Assembly (NCBI GenBank): GCA_964493125.1
Contig: CAZBMS010000002.1
Span: 153 to 64,152 of the forward strand
Direction of reading: 5' to 3'
Length of the DNA: 64,000 nucleotides
Source: an uncultured Dehalococcoidia bacterium
Lineage (GTDB): Bacteria > Chloroflexota > Dehalococcoidia > Lucifugimonadales > QGNO01
Shown here: piece by piece, positions 1-9,159 of the stretch
How positions within the stretch are numbered: position 1 is the stretch's first letter
Layout of the letters: every line of letters starts with the position of its first letter
The notes under the pieces: model-generated
The model's database searches: none
The model's input: only the letters and a program-made list of their open reading frames with translations
What the model was told of the DNA's origin: nothing
Translations under genes and position numbers: made by a program

Positions 1-1
1 G

Positions 2-994
2 TTAGGTCATTTCACAATGCCTGGACTAGTTGCAACTGGGAAACTTTCTACTGTAGACATTGGAGTGCCAGAAGGACTTGGAAGTAATATTACTTTGGAG
101 TTAATAACTCCAAAGTTGGTCTCCTCACTCCTGCCAAAACGAGCCAGGCATGCCCACAAAGGTACTTTTGGCCGCCTTTTAGTAGTAGCTGGGTCATTAA
201 ACTACGTTGGAGCGAGCATACTAGCCTGCAGCGCAGCATACCGTTCTGGAGTGGGACTAGTAACTCTAGCTACCAGCGAGCGTGTGTACCCAGTAGTAGC
301 TTCAAAGCTACCCGAGGCAACCTTAATCCCACTCTCTAGCACTGATACCGGAGAGATCGACGAAGAAGACGTGGATAAAGTAATTGCAAAGTTGCCAGAA
401 TATGATGCGATGGTCATTGGATGCGGTTTGGGTCAGCACAAGAAAACCGGGGCATTTCTCAGCCGCCTACTCCTAGAAAATCACAACCTTCCAAATATAC
501 CAATAGTAATTGATGCGGACGCTCTGAATTTCTTGGCCAAAATCGATGACTGGCACAAACATCTCAATTCAGATACGATTCTTACACCTCATCCACGCGA
601 AATGGCACGATTGCTTAAGAGGCGCACTAACGAAATTCAGGAGAATCGCCTACTTATCGCAAAAGAAAGTGCGAGTTACTGGAAGAAAATAGTGGTTCTA
701 AAGGGTGCACTGTCAATAATAGCTTCCAATCAAGAAACTACTCGCATAAGTCCATTTGCTAACGCACTCTTAGCGTCCGCTGGCACAGGTGATGTCCTAG
801 CTGGCCTAATAGGTGGACTTCTTGCACAGGGACTGTCATCACTTAACGCTGCTAGCTGCGGAACTTACCTTCATGGTTTATCAGGCGAAAAAATCAGTCT
901 CAGCATTGGCGATTCAGGATTATTAGCCTCCGATCTCCTAAACGAGATTCCATTACACATTAAATCTATAAAGGAATCATATGGAAACAAATAA
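2..994 (+). CDS. nnr: Bifunctional NAD(P)H-hydrate repair enzyme Nnr, 5'-partial (end of epimerase domain plus ADP-dependent dehydratase domain)
   Basis: The frame is open from the window edge, with no stop between nt 2 and the first ATG at 17. TVDIGVP resembles the end of a YjeF_N domain. It is followed by HKGTFGRLLVVAGS and GTGDVLAG motifs of the carbohydrate-kinase-like dehydratase domain. Confidence 0.8.
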   Translation, partial: LGHFTMPGLVATGKLSTVDIGVPEGLGSNITLELITPKLVSSLLPKRARHAHKGTFGRLLVVAGSLNYVGASILACSAAYRSGVGLVTLATSERVYPVVASKLPEATLIPLSSTDTGEIDEEDVDKVIAKLPEYDAMVIGCGLGQHKKTGAFLSRLLLENHNLPNIPIVIDADALNFLAKIDDWHKHLNSDTILTPHPREMARLLKRRTNEIQENRLLIAKESASYWKKIVVLKGALSIIASNQETTRISPFANALLASAGTGDVLAGLIGGLLAQGLSSLNAASCGTYLHGLSGEKISLSIGDSGLLASDLLNEIPLHIKSIKESYGNK

Positions 995-2192
995 TAAACC
1001 TGCAGGAAATATAGGACCAAATGAAAAAATCCTAGCTTCCGTATTGGTTCTTGGCCATGCAGTCAAACATTTTTTCGTGGCTGGCTTTTTCATAATACTC
1101 CCACAGATACAAACTCATTACGGTTTAAGCAATGCTGGTGCCGGGATGATATCCACAATTAGGAATGCGGGTAGCGGTCTAGGCAATCTCTCTGCAGGGT
1201 ATATGGCCGATAGATTCAACAATAAATGGAAAGAAATGCTATCGGTGTCGATTGTCATGGTAGGACTTTTTCACTTCTTAATAGGCTGGGGCAACTCATC
1301 TACATGGCTGCTAGTCAACACAACCATAGCCGGGGTAGCTATATCTTTCTGGCATCCTCCCGCGATAGCGGCACTTGCTGAACGTTTCCCGCAAAGGCGT
1401 GGGTTTGCTATATCACTTCATGGGACTGGCGGCAGTATTGGCGAAGCTTTAGGACCTATCCTTGTAGGAGCCCTCTTAACAGTCTTTCTATGGCGAACGG
1501 TCCTACAGATCGGAATAATCCCCGCCTTAATCACAGGAGCTATAACGTGGATCACACTGAAGAATCTCCAGGGGAGAACTCAGTTAGATCTTTCGCTTAT
1601 GGGATATCTAAGATCCCTGTGGCAAATGCTTCGCGGACGCGGATTAATTACCACTTTAATAGTGACGGGCGGGTTTAGCGCGTCCCAGGGAATAGTTATG
1701 ACTTTCTTGCCTATATATCTGAACATAGATCTAGGATTTACACCACTTCTTACCGCAGTTTTCGTATCTGGATCACAAGTGGTAGGGATCGTATCTCAGC
1801 CGCTCCTAGGATACCTTTCCGACAAATATTCAAGAAAGTCAGTTTTGGTTCCATCTCTTGCCATATTGGGCTTACTCACGATAGCAGTACCATTCGCTGG
1901 TTCTGGAGCTCTTCTATTAGTTACAGTTCTTTTAATGGGCTCAGTCTCATATTCGCTAATGTCCATTCTCCTAGCTGCTGGTGTCGATCAAGCGCAAGGG
2001 GATATGCCGGCAACTACTATTTCACTAGTTTTCAGTTCTGGTGTCATATTTTCCGCTCTCTCACCTTTTCTGGCAGGATTACTCGCCGATTCAACGGGTT
2101 TGAGCTATGTATTTTTCCTAGCGGCTGCGATTGCGATAGCCCTTAGCGCGTTCACTTTCACCCTAAAATGGGGAAAAGTGAACAACAAATAA
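981..2192 (+). CDS. MFS family transporter
   Basis: 403 aa with many hydrophobic helices arranged as two halves separated by a central loop, an MFS-like architecture. The start overlaps the nnr stop by 14 nt. Confidence 0.72.
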   Translation: METNNKPAGNIGPNEKILASVLVLGHAVKHFFVAGFFIILPQIQTHYGLSNAGAGMISTIRNAGSGLGNLSAGYMADRFNNKWKEMLSVSIVMVGLFHFLIGWGNSSTWLLVNTTIAGVAISFWHPPAIAALAERFPQRRGFAISLHGTGGSIGEALGPILVGALLTVFLWRTVLQIGIIPALITGAITWITLKNLQGRTQLDLSLMGYLRSLWQMLRGRGLITTLIVTGGFSASQGIVMTFLPIYLNIDLGFTPLLTAVFVSGSQVVGIVSQPLLGYLSDKYSRKSVLVPSLAILGLLTIAVPFAGSGALLLVTVLLMGSVSYSLMSILLAAGVDQAQGDMPATTISLVFSSGVIFSALSPFLAGLLADSTGLSYVFFLAAAIAIALSAFTFTLKWGKVNNK

Positions 2193-2258
2193 TATTCCTT
2201 TAAAAATTCCTCCAAAAAGGGGTTGACAGCATATTTGGAGATAGTGATAGGATGCAAT

Positions 2259-2370
2259 CGACCTGAGTGGCTGCATGGTGGGAGGCACCGACTGGACGGT
2301 TCTCGTCGGGCAACCGAGGGGCCGATTGGCCGGATCTAAACCAAGCATCAGTCACTCGGGTCGTTTCTTT
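2259..2370 (+). ncRNA. Candidate structured RNA of unknown class (sRNA, cis-regulatory leader or elaborate terminator)
   Basis: Locally GC-rich block in an AT-rich spacer. A 15-bp closing helix pairs 2259-2273 with 2349-2363; its two G-U pairs are only possible on the + strand. A second helix pairs 2276-2279 with 2340-2343. Two internal hairpins and a trailing TTTCTTT tract (2364-2370) complete the structure. Confidence 0.45.
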
Positions 2371-2380
2371 ATCCCCATAA

Positions 2381-2409
2381 ATGGCAATTAGAACAATAGT
2401 TGCTATAAT
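2381..2409 (+). promoter_or_regulatory. Putative extended -10 promoter for coaX-coaBC
   Basis: TGcTATAAT at 2401-2409 with a weak -35 (ATGGCA) at 17-nt spacing, 35 nt upstream of the coaX ATG. Confidence 0.4.
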
Positions 2410-2444
2410 GAAGTAAAACGGCGGCGACATTTGCGGCGACCGAT

Positions 2445-3239
2445 ATGTTATTGACAATAGACATAGGCAACACAAACATCACGCTTGGAGTGTTCCAAGA
2501 AGCCGATCTTCTGGCGACTTGGAGGCTTTCTACTACCCCACAAAGAATGGCTGATGAATACGGCCTGAACGTGATAAGTCTTCTCTCACTCGCAGGTATA
2601 TCTCCTGAAAAAGTTAACGCGGTAGCAATATGTAGCGTTGTCCCGCCTTTAACTCAAGTTTTTACTGAACTTTGCAACCGCTACTTCAGTAATGAACCGC
2701 TGATTGTAGGTGCCGGGGTACGTACAGGAATAAAGATACTATATGATAACCCTCGGGATGTAGGCGCCGACCGAATAGTAGATGCAGCAAGTGCTTATAA
2801 ACTTTACGGAGGGCCATGCATTATCGTCGACTGTGGCACAGCCACAGTTCTTGATGCTGTTTCTGATAAGGCTGAATATCTCGGCGGAGCCATTGCGCCA
2901 GGATTAAGACTTTCAGCAGAAACTTTATTCTCAAACACATCACAGTTGCGGCGAGTCGAATTGGAAGCTCCGCGCACAGTGATCGGCAAGAATACTACTC
3001 ATGCTTTACAGGCCGGATTGATCCTAGGAAACGTGGATCTCATTGAAGGGATGGTTAAGCGATTCAAGGCTGAGTTAAACAGCAATGTCGTAAAGGTAAT
3101 AGGCACTGGCGGCCAATCAACACTCATAGCTAAAGAATCTGATGTTTTTGACTTCGTTAATTTGGACCTTACGCTTATAGGACTACGAATAATCTATGAA
3201 CTGAACAACACTGATAACCTTAAAGGGGATTTACAGTGA
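2445..3239 (+). CDS. coaX: Type III pantothenate kinase
   Basis: N-terminal LLTIDIGNTN signature of CoaX (ASKHA fold), 264 aa. Stop overlaps the coaBC start. Confidence 0.9.
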   Translation: MLLTIDIGNTNITLGVFQEADLLATWRLSTTPQRMADEYGLNVISLLSLAGISPEKVNAVAICSVVPPLTQVFTELCNRYFSNEPLIVGAGVRTGIKILYDNPRDVGADRIVDAASAYKLYGGPCIIVDCGTATVLDAVSDKAEYLGGAIAPGLRLSAETLFSNTSQLRRVELEAPRTVIGKNTTHALQAGLILGNVDLIEGMVKRFKAELNSNVVKVIGTGGQSTLIAKESDVFDFVNLDLTLIGLRIIYELNNTDNLKGDLQ

Positions 3240-4441
3240 ACTCGCCATTTGAAAACAAAAATATAGTCCTAGGTGTTACTGGAAGTATAGCTTGCTACAA
3301 AGCTGCTGACTTATGTAGCAAGCTCGTTCAACTCGGAGCAAATGTAGACGTCATCCTAACTGAATCAGCTCAGCAATTTATAAGTCCACTTACATTCAGG
3401 AGTATCACCCATAGACCAGTGATAACTGATCTTTACGATCCAGAGTCAGAAATTGCTATGGCGCATGTTGCTTTGGCACAAAGGGCTGATTTAGTTGTAA
3501 TAGCACCCACAACGGCCAACATGATAGGTAAAATAGCATCTGGACTCGCAAATGACCCTATATCACTAACAGTTATAGCAACCTCTGCTCCATTAGTCTT
3601 AGCACCAGCTATGGATGCGAATATGTTTGAAAGCGCTGTGGTGCAAGAGAACGTTATAAAACTGAAAAAACGTGGGGTAAAAATAGTTGGGCCGATTGCT
3701 GGGCGACTCGCATCTGGACTCACAGGGAATGGTCGCATGATAGAGGTCAAGGAACTCATAGGCCATCTGTCGGCCGAACTCGGGAAAAATAACCATTTGG
3801 CTGGCAGAAAAATCGTGGTCACGGCAGGAGGAACTTCAGAATCAATAGACCCCGTAAGAGTCTTAACAAATCGTTCATCGGGGAAAATGGGCTATGCAAT
3901 AGCGGAAGCAGCGCGAGACAACGGTGCGAATGCAGTCCTTATAACAGCATCTACTCAACTTTCCGACCCGTCCGCAGTAGAAGTGATACATGTAGAAAAT
4001 ACTAACGAGATGTACAAAGCAGTTATACGAACTTCAAAAAATGCAGACGCCTTAATTATGGCTGCTGCAGTCAGTGACTATAAAGCCAGATTAAAATCAC
4101 CTCAAAAGATTAAGAAAGGGCCAACCAACAGTCAGTCCCTAGAACTCGAGACGAATCCAGACATACTGGCTGAAGCAAAAGGAGCTAAAGTGAAAGTAGG
4201 TTTCGCAGCGGAAACCGAGAATCTTTTAGAAAATGCGAGAATCAAACTAAATTCGAAAGGCGCCGACCTACTTGTGGCTAACAACGTATCTTCAAGAAAT
4301 GGTGTGTTCGGGTCAGACACCAACAAGGTAACTATTATAGGAAACAATGGCTTTGTGGAAGACCTACCCAGAATGAGTAAGTACGCCGTGGCCCAAAACA
4401 TACTTAACAAGGTCGTAGAACTTCTAAAAGACCGAACTTAG
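3236..4441 (+). CDS. coaBC: Bifunctional phosphopantothenoylcysteine decarboxylase / phosphopantothenate-cysteine ligase
   Basis: 401 aa. The N-terminal flavoprotein domain (ILGVTGSIACYKA, PAMDANM) is followed by the CoaB ligase domain (VTAGGTSESIDPVRVLTNRSSGKMG, AAAVSDY). Confidence 0.92.
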   Translation: MNSPFENKNIVLGVTGSIACYKAADLCSKLVQLGANVDVILTESAQQFISPLTFRSITHRPVITDLYDPESEIAMAHVALAQRADLVVIAPTTANMIGKIASGLANDPISLTVIATSAPLVLAPAMDANMFESAVVQENVIKLKKRGVKIVGPIAGRLASGLTGNGRMIEVKELIGHLSAELGKNNHLAGRKIVVTAGGTSESIDPVRVLTNRSSGKMGYAIAEAARDNGANAVLITASTQLSDPSAVEVIHVENTNEMYKAVIRTSKNADALIMAAAVSDYKARLKSPQKIKKGPTNSQSLELETNPDILAEAKGAKVKVGFAAETENLLENARIKLNSKGADLLVANNVSSRNGVFGSDTNKVTIIGNNGFVEDLPRMSKYAVAQNILNKVVELLKDRT

Positions 4442-4899
4442 GCTAGCTTGAAACCTTCTGCCTCTATCGCCTTTACCTTATCAAGCCTGCGCTGATGGCG
4501 AGCATCACCCGTGTAGTTAGCAGATAAGAAAGCTTCTACCAGTTCTTTTGCCAACTCAATCCCTACTATCCTAGAGCCTATCGCCAAAACGTTCATGTCA
4601 TCGTGTTCTACACCTTGATGCGCAGAGTATGAGTCGTGACACATCGCAGATCTGACACCTGCAACCTTATTCGCTGCGATCGAAGCTCCAACGCCACTTC
4701 CACAAACAACGATGCCCCGGCTAACTTCCCCAGATGCGACAGCACGCGCAACGAGTACGACAAAATCAGGGTAATCGTCGTTGGGATCGTGCTGATATGC
4801 ACCTTTATCCACAAGTTCATGTCCCTGTTGTTCAAGGAAGGACACCAACTCCTCTTTCCAAATGAATCCCCAGTGGTCCATACCTATAGCGATTCGCAC
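4438..4899 (-). CDS. rpiB: Ribose-5-phosphate isomerase B (RpiB/LacA/LacB family)
   Basis: 153 aa with MRIAIGMDH, VCGSGVGASIAANKVAGVR and CHD motifs typical of RpiB. Its 3' end overlaps the coaBC 3' end by 4 nt (convergent). Confidence 0.88.
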   Translation of the reverse strand: MRIAIGMDHWGFIWKEELVSFLEQQGHELVDKGAYQHDPNDDYPDFVVLVARAVASGEVSRGIVVCGSGVGASIAANKVAGVRSAMCHDSYSAHQGVEHDDMNVLAIGSRIVGIELAKELVEAFLSANYTGDARHQRRLDKVKAIEAEGFKLA

Positions 4900-5021
4900 A
4901 GGCTTCTCCCTTATTAAGAAGTATCACAATTCTGTACGAACAGACGCAAGCAGTCAACTGTGATTGACTCAACTGAAGCCTTTATATAATCTTTTTATAA
5001 CTAGCAAATATCGAGGTGTTC

Positions 5022-6662
5022 ATGAAAGGTGTTACAGCCATTGCGAAAATCTTGAAAATGGAGTCTGTCGAATATCTCTTCTGCTTTCCGTCTAACCCAC
5101 TGATTGATGAGGCAGCCAAGGTCGGGATCAGACCCATTCTCACCCGGACTGAACGGGGCGCTGTCAACATGGCAGATGGATACTCTAGAATCGCTGGCGG
5201 AGGCCGTATTGGGGTTATAGCCACGCAGTACGGTCCGGGAATAGAAAATGCTTTTGGAGGCGTGGCCCACGCTTACGCTGACTCTATTCCTATTCTAGTT
5301 TTACCCAGTGGAACAGAAAGACACATGACAAACGTAAACCCATCTTTTCCTGCTGCAATAAACTACAGGAATGTCACCAAATGGAGTGCTGATCTTAACA
5401 TGGCTCCAAGAATACCCGAAATGTTGCGATATGCGTTTCATAACCTTAGAACAGGGAAAACTGGCCCTGTCTTATTAGAAATACCAGCGGACGTTTATTC
5501 AGAGGAGATAAAAGACAACGAATTGAAATACAGCCCAGTACTTGGGCAAAAAAGCGCAGGAGATCCCCAAGACATAAACCTTGCAGTAAGGACGCTACTT
5601 AGAGCAAAGAAACCTCTACTTCACGTGGGTCAGGGAGTGATACAAGCCGAAGCATGGGACGAATTGCAAGAATTTGCAGAACTTCTTCAGATACCCGTTA
5701 TGACAATAACTCCTGGTAAAAGTGCTTTTCCAGAAAATCACCCGCTTTCAATTGGGAATGGAGGGGCAACAGTTACAGGAATGGTCAACCACTTTTTAAA
5801 TGAAGCAGACTTAGTATTTGGATTGGGTTCGACATTTTATACCTCACTAATGTCATGCCGGATACCTGATGGAAAAGTATTGATCCAGTGTACAGATGAC
5901 GAAAGGGACCTCAACAACGAATACAACTTGCAACACGCCGTCCTTGGGAACCCTAAGCTAATCCTCAGGCAATTAATCAATGAGGCGAAGTACCAAATTG
6001 AATCCAAGGCTGCCTACTGGGCTAATAACGTTGAAAATGAAGTCGCAATTCAGAAAAAAAGATGGCTCGAGGAATGGAAGCCTCTACTAACCTCTGATGA
6101 GATACCTATAAATCCCTACAGAGTGATCGCCGAATTGGATCAAGCACTCGACAAAACCACGACAATAATGACTCATGACTCAGGAAACCCCCGTGATCAA
6201 TTAACCCCTTTTTACAATGCCACCCACCCTAACGGTTACATAGGATGGGGCAACTCTACACAACTCGGATATTCACTGGGCATATCTATAGGAGCGAAAT
6301 TGGCGGCTCCAGATAAAACGATTGTCCATGTAGTAGGAGACGCTGCCATAGGCATGGCTGGGCTTGATTTTGAGACTTCAGTACGGGCCGAAGCGCCTAT
6401 AATTACTGTTGTTCTAAACAACGGTGTAATGGGTGGATATAGAGATAGAATGCCAAGCGCAAGCGACCACTTTGGCACTCATCTCCTAGGTGGAAACTAC
6501 ACTAAGTTCGCAGAGTCCATGGGTTTAGAAAGTGAAAGAATCGAAAAACCCAATGATATCCGTAGGGGAATTGAGGCGGCACTCGAAGCTAACAGAGAAG
6601 GCAAATCAGCCTTGATTGAGATAATGACCAAAGAGGAATTTGCCTTCTCCAGGTTAATCTAA
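5022..6662 (+). CDS. Thiamine-pyrophosphate-dependent enzyme (acetolactate synthase large-subunit-like family)
   Basis: Three-domain TPP enzyme layout with the C-terminal TPP-binding motif GDAAIGMAGLDFETSVR...VVLNNG. I prefer the ATG at 5022 (GAGG five nt upstream) over the track GTG at 5016. Confidence 0.8.
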   Translation: MKGVTAIAKILKMESVEYLFCFPSNPLIDEAAKVGIRPILTRTERGAVNMADGYSRIAGGGRIGVIATQYGPGIENAFGGVAHAYADSIPILVLPSGTERHMTNVNPSFPAAINYRNVTKWSADLNMAPRIPEMLRYAFHNLRTGKTGPVLLEIPADVYSEEIKDNELKYSPVLGQKSAGDPQDINLAVRTLLRAKKPLLHVGQGVIQAEAWDELQEFAELLQIPVMTITPGKSAFPENHPLSIGNGGATVTGMVNHFLNEADLVFGLGSTFYTSLMSCRIPDGKVLIQCTDDERDLNNEYNLQHAVLGNPKLILRQLINEAKYQIESKAAYWANNVENEVAIQKKRWLEEWKPLLTSDEIPINPYRVIAELDQALDKTTTIMTHDSGNPRDQLTPFYNATHPNGYIGWGNSTQLGYSLGISIGAKLAAPDKTIVHVVGDAAIGMAGLDFETSVRAEAPIITVVLNNGVMGGYRDRMPSASDHFGTHLLGGNYTKFAESMGLESERIEKPNDIRRGIEAALEANREGKSALIEIMTKEEFAFSRLI

Positions 6663-6722
6663 AACAGTAATAAATGCTTCTCTGCTGTGGGTTTTATCAC
6701 TGTTGGGTCAAATCACTCATCC

Positions 6723-8939
6723 CTAATTAAGGACAGTAGATCTAAAATTCAACATGCCAAACGGAGTGAGTATCAGATTCTTAACGTAGGGTTTTACTAA
6801 AACATGGTTGCTTCCATGGTAGAGAGGTATAGCAGCTGCGTCCTCAACAATAAGTATTTCTGCTTGGCGATACAGACTTGACCGAACTGAGGGATCCTGC
6901 TCAGATCTCGCAGTCTCAAGCAATTTATCTAACTTATCATTCTTATAACCGCCTACATTATTTTTTGATTTTGAGTGGAAAAGTACATCAAGAAAGTTGT
7001 GAGGATCCAAGTAGTCCGCAACCCATCCATACGTGAAAAGGTTATCATCTAACAAGTCTAGCACGTAAAAATATAGGTCAGGGTCAGCGAGTTGAACCTC
7101 AACGTTAGCTTCCAAATTTGTTCTCCACATTTGGATTAGCCTAGACACTATGGCCGAAGGTCTATTTACTCCTTGTGCGGAGTAAATAAGATTCGGCAGC
7201 CCATCCGCTCCATAACTTGATTGAGCTAGGAGACGCTTTGCCTCTTCGGAATCAAACGATATTTTAGGAATCTTCGAATTGTAGCTTGGATGACCTGGAG
7301 GCAAGAATCCTTGAGCTAGCTCCCCAGAATCACCTATTCTATCTTGCACCAAAGTTTTCCTGTCTAATGCAAGCATAAAAGCTTTACGAACCAATGGGTC
7401 ATCAAACGGTGCCCTGTCTGATCTAAATCCCACATAATGCACGCTGAATTCAGACGATTGCCTTAGGTCATCAGCGAATTGGTAATCTCTGCCTTTCACT
7501 ATGGACAATTCGTCGGCATATATACTAGCCACATCTATTTCACCATACTCATACATCAAACGTGGAACGCCACCAAACAGCTTGTAAACAATGTATGGAA
7601 CTAATGGGGGGTCATGATAAAAAATTTCATTAGATTGCAGCACCATTACCCGTCCTGGCTCCCACTTTGTCAACTTGAATGGGCCAGTTCCATTAGGGGT
7701 TGACCACCACGGAACACTGTTCGCCTCTACAGGTGTAACCTGATTCTCATCTACAACAAAAGTTGATGAATGTGTTAATTTTGATAGAAAATAAGCCTTC
7801 GGCGCATCTATAGTAACCTGAAGAGTAGATTCATTCACGACTTGAACTCCACTAATGCCAGGGGAGCTACCATCAATAAACTTTTCTACCCCAACTATAT
7901 CTCCCAGGTACGTTCGGGCTGTCGCGGAAACAGAATCCACTCTCACTGCTCTCTCCCATGAAAACTTGACATCCCTAGACGTCACTTTCCTACCATCATG
8001 AAATCTTGCATCATCACGCAATCTGAAAGTGTAAACCGTGCCATCTGCCGAAACCTGCCAACTTCTAGCAAGATCCAGTGTCAACAGTGAGTACTCGTTG
8101 AACGATGTAAGCCCTGAGAATATTTGGCTGATATACCTTATTGTTTGTGTTTCTTGTGCCACTGCCGGATCAAGTAGCAACGGTCCGTCATCAAAATACA
8201 GAGTTAATGCTTTTTCCCGTGGAATGCCAAAAGGTTCAGGATCAACAAAAGAAACGCTGGATATTACAGTAAAAAGCTCTTCTTGATGAGCCTGAATTTT
8301 TTCCTTCGATGACTCTACAAGTATGACCAGGTTTTGTGATCCTCTTATAGCTGCGAAAAGTATGCCCTGTTCTTCTCCGTTTTCACCTCGCCACTGGTAT
8401 GTAGTATGAAATCCTTTTGAACCGTCACCAAGGCTAATAAAGGACTCATCGATAGTACGAAAGCCAGATCGACTAAACAGTTGAGGTAGCATCTGATCTA
8501 CCGCGGCGTCCGGCGTCACTATTTCTGAGTTGTAACCTAGTCTAACTTGCAAGATGGGAGCATTTTCATCATTCGGATCTCCCATAAGTGCCATCAGTGG
8601 AGGGTTAACTTGGGTAGACACATTCCAAAAGCTCGGGTATCGCAATTGGAAACCAAATGTAGATTCCGTAAAAGTGAGGAATGATTCCGGTATCTTAAGT
8701 GTCTCACTCTCAGGTGTAGGGCTGGAAATTACGGTCGCCAATGGCGTAGGAGCTACAGTAACTACAGGAGTATTTGTAGGATCCGGCGCTGAAGTAGCAG
8801 TAGGATCCGGCACAACAGTGTTAGTAGGCTCTGCAGTCGGAGAAGGCTGATCATTCAAGTCCGTTTCAGAAGCCGTTGTGCAAGAAATTAATGCAAAAAT
8901 GCACACAGCAAGAAAAATAAATTTAACGACTCTGATCAA
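6723..8939 (-). CDS. ABC transporter substrate-binding lipoprotein, family 5 (peptide/nickel type) with N-terminal extra domain
   Basis: Lipobox LISC after the signal peptide, then a Pro/Thr-rich linker. About 200 extra residues precede a DppA/OppA-like family-5 SBP core (LARSWQVSADGTVYTFRLRDDARFHDG). Confidence 0.8.
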   Translation of the reverse strand: MIRVVKFIFLAVCIFALISCTTASETDLNDQPSPTAEPTNTVVPDPTATSAPDPTNTPVVTVAPTPLATVISSPTPESETLKIPESFLTFTESTFGFQLRYPSFWNVSTQVNPPLMALMGDPNDENAPILQVRLGYNSEIVTPDAAVDQMLPQLFSRSGFRTIDESFISLGDGSKGFHTTYQWRGENGEEQGILFAAIRGSQNLVILVESSKEKIQAHQEELFTVISSVSFVDPEPFGIPREKALTLYFDDGPLLLDPAVAQETQTIRYISQIFSGLTSFNEYSLLTLDLARSWQVSADGTVYTFRLRDDARFHDGRKVTSRDVKFSWERAVRVDSVSATARTYLGDIVGVEKFIDGSSPGISGVQVVNESTLQVTIDAPKAYFLSKLTHSSTFVVDENQVTPVEANSVPWWSTPNGTGPFKLTKWEPGRVMVLQSNEIFYHDPPLVPYIVYKLFGGVPRLMYEYGEIDVASIYADELSIVKGRDYQFADDLRQSSEFSVHYVGFRSDRAPFDDPLVRKAFMLALDRKTLVQDRIGDSGELAQGFLPPGHPSYNSKIPKISFDSEEAKRLLAQSSYGADGLPNLIYSAQGVNRPSAIVSRLIQMWRTNLEANVEVQLADPDLYFYVLDLLDDNLFTYGWVADYLDPHNFLDVLFHSKSKNNVGGYKNDKLDKLLETARSEQDPSVRSSLYRQAEILIVEDAAAIPLYHGSNHVLVKPYVKNLILTPFGMLNFRSTVLN

Positions 8940-9159
8940 GATTCTCCCCTAGGCACAATTACTAAATCACCAATCTATGTTCTTTCTACACACTAAATTT
9001 GGATGTATGTTAGGGACGAAACGATAACTGCACCCACATTCGAACTCATATACCTTATAATAACACTGGAACGGCAGACCATTTTCACATCTTGAACAAA
9101 AAGATTCCATTAAACGGGGCACTGTGAAATAAAACTCTAACGGGGTATAAAGCTTGAGA

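Noticed and set aside
2223-2232. Shared 10-mer TTGACAGCAT at 2223 and 46418.
   Set aside because: It consists of a consensus -35 hexamer plus four bases. A single repeat of this length containing a promoter consensus is not evidence of a repeat family.
2259-2370. Identity of the structured RNA as SRP (4.5S), 6S, TPP, glycine, ZTP, cobalamin or guanidine riboswitch.
   Set aside because: I could not find the signature sequences: no GGAA/GNAR-capped domain IV with AGCA adjacent, no CUGAGA...ACCUGAUCUGG, no CCGCCUGGGC, and so on. It is also too short for 6S. The class remains unknown pending an Rfam scan.
2163-2475. Minus-strand ORFs of 61 and 91 aa, and a 38-aa plus-strand ORF (ATG at 2275), covering the MFS-coaX spacer.
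   Set aside because: They have no SD, their sequences are low-complexity or odd, and they span the GC-rich paired region. That region is better explained as RNA structure, since its G-U pairs are strand-specific.
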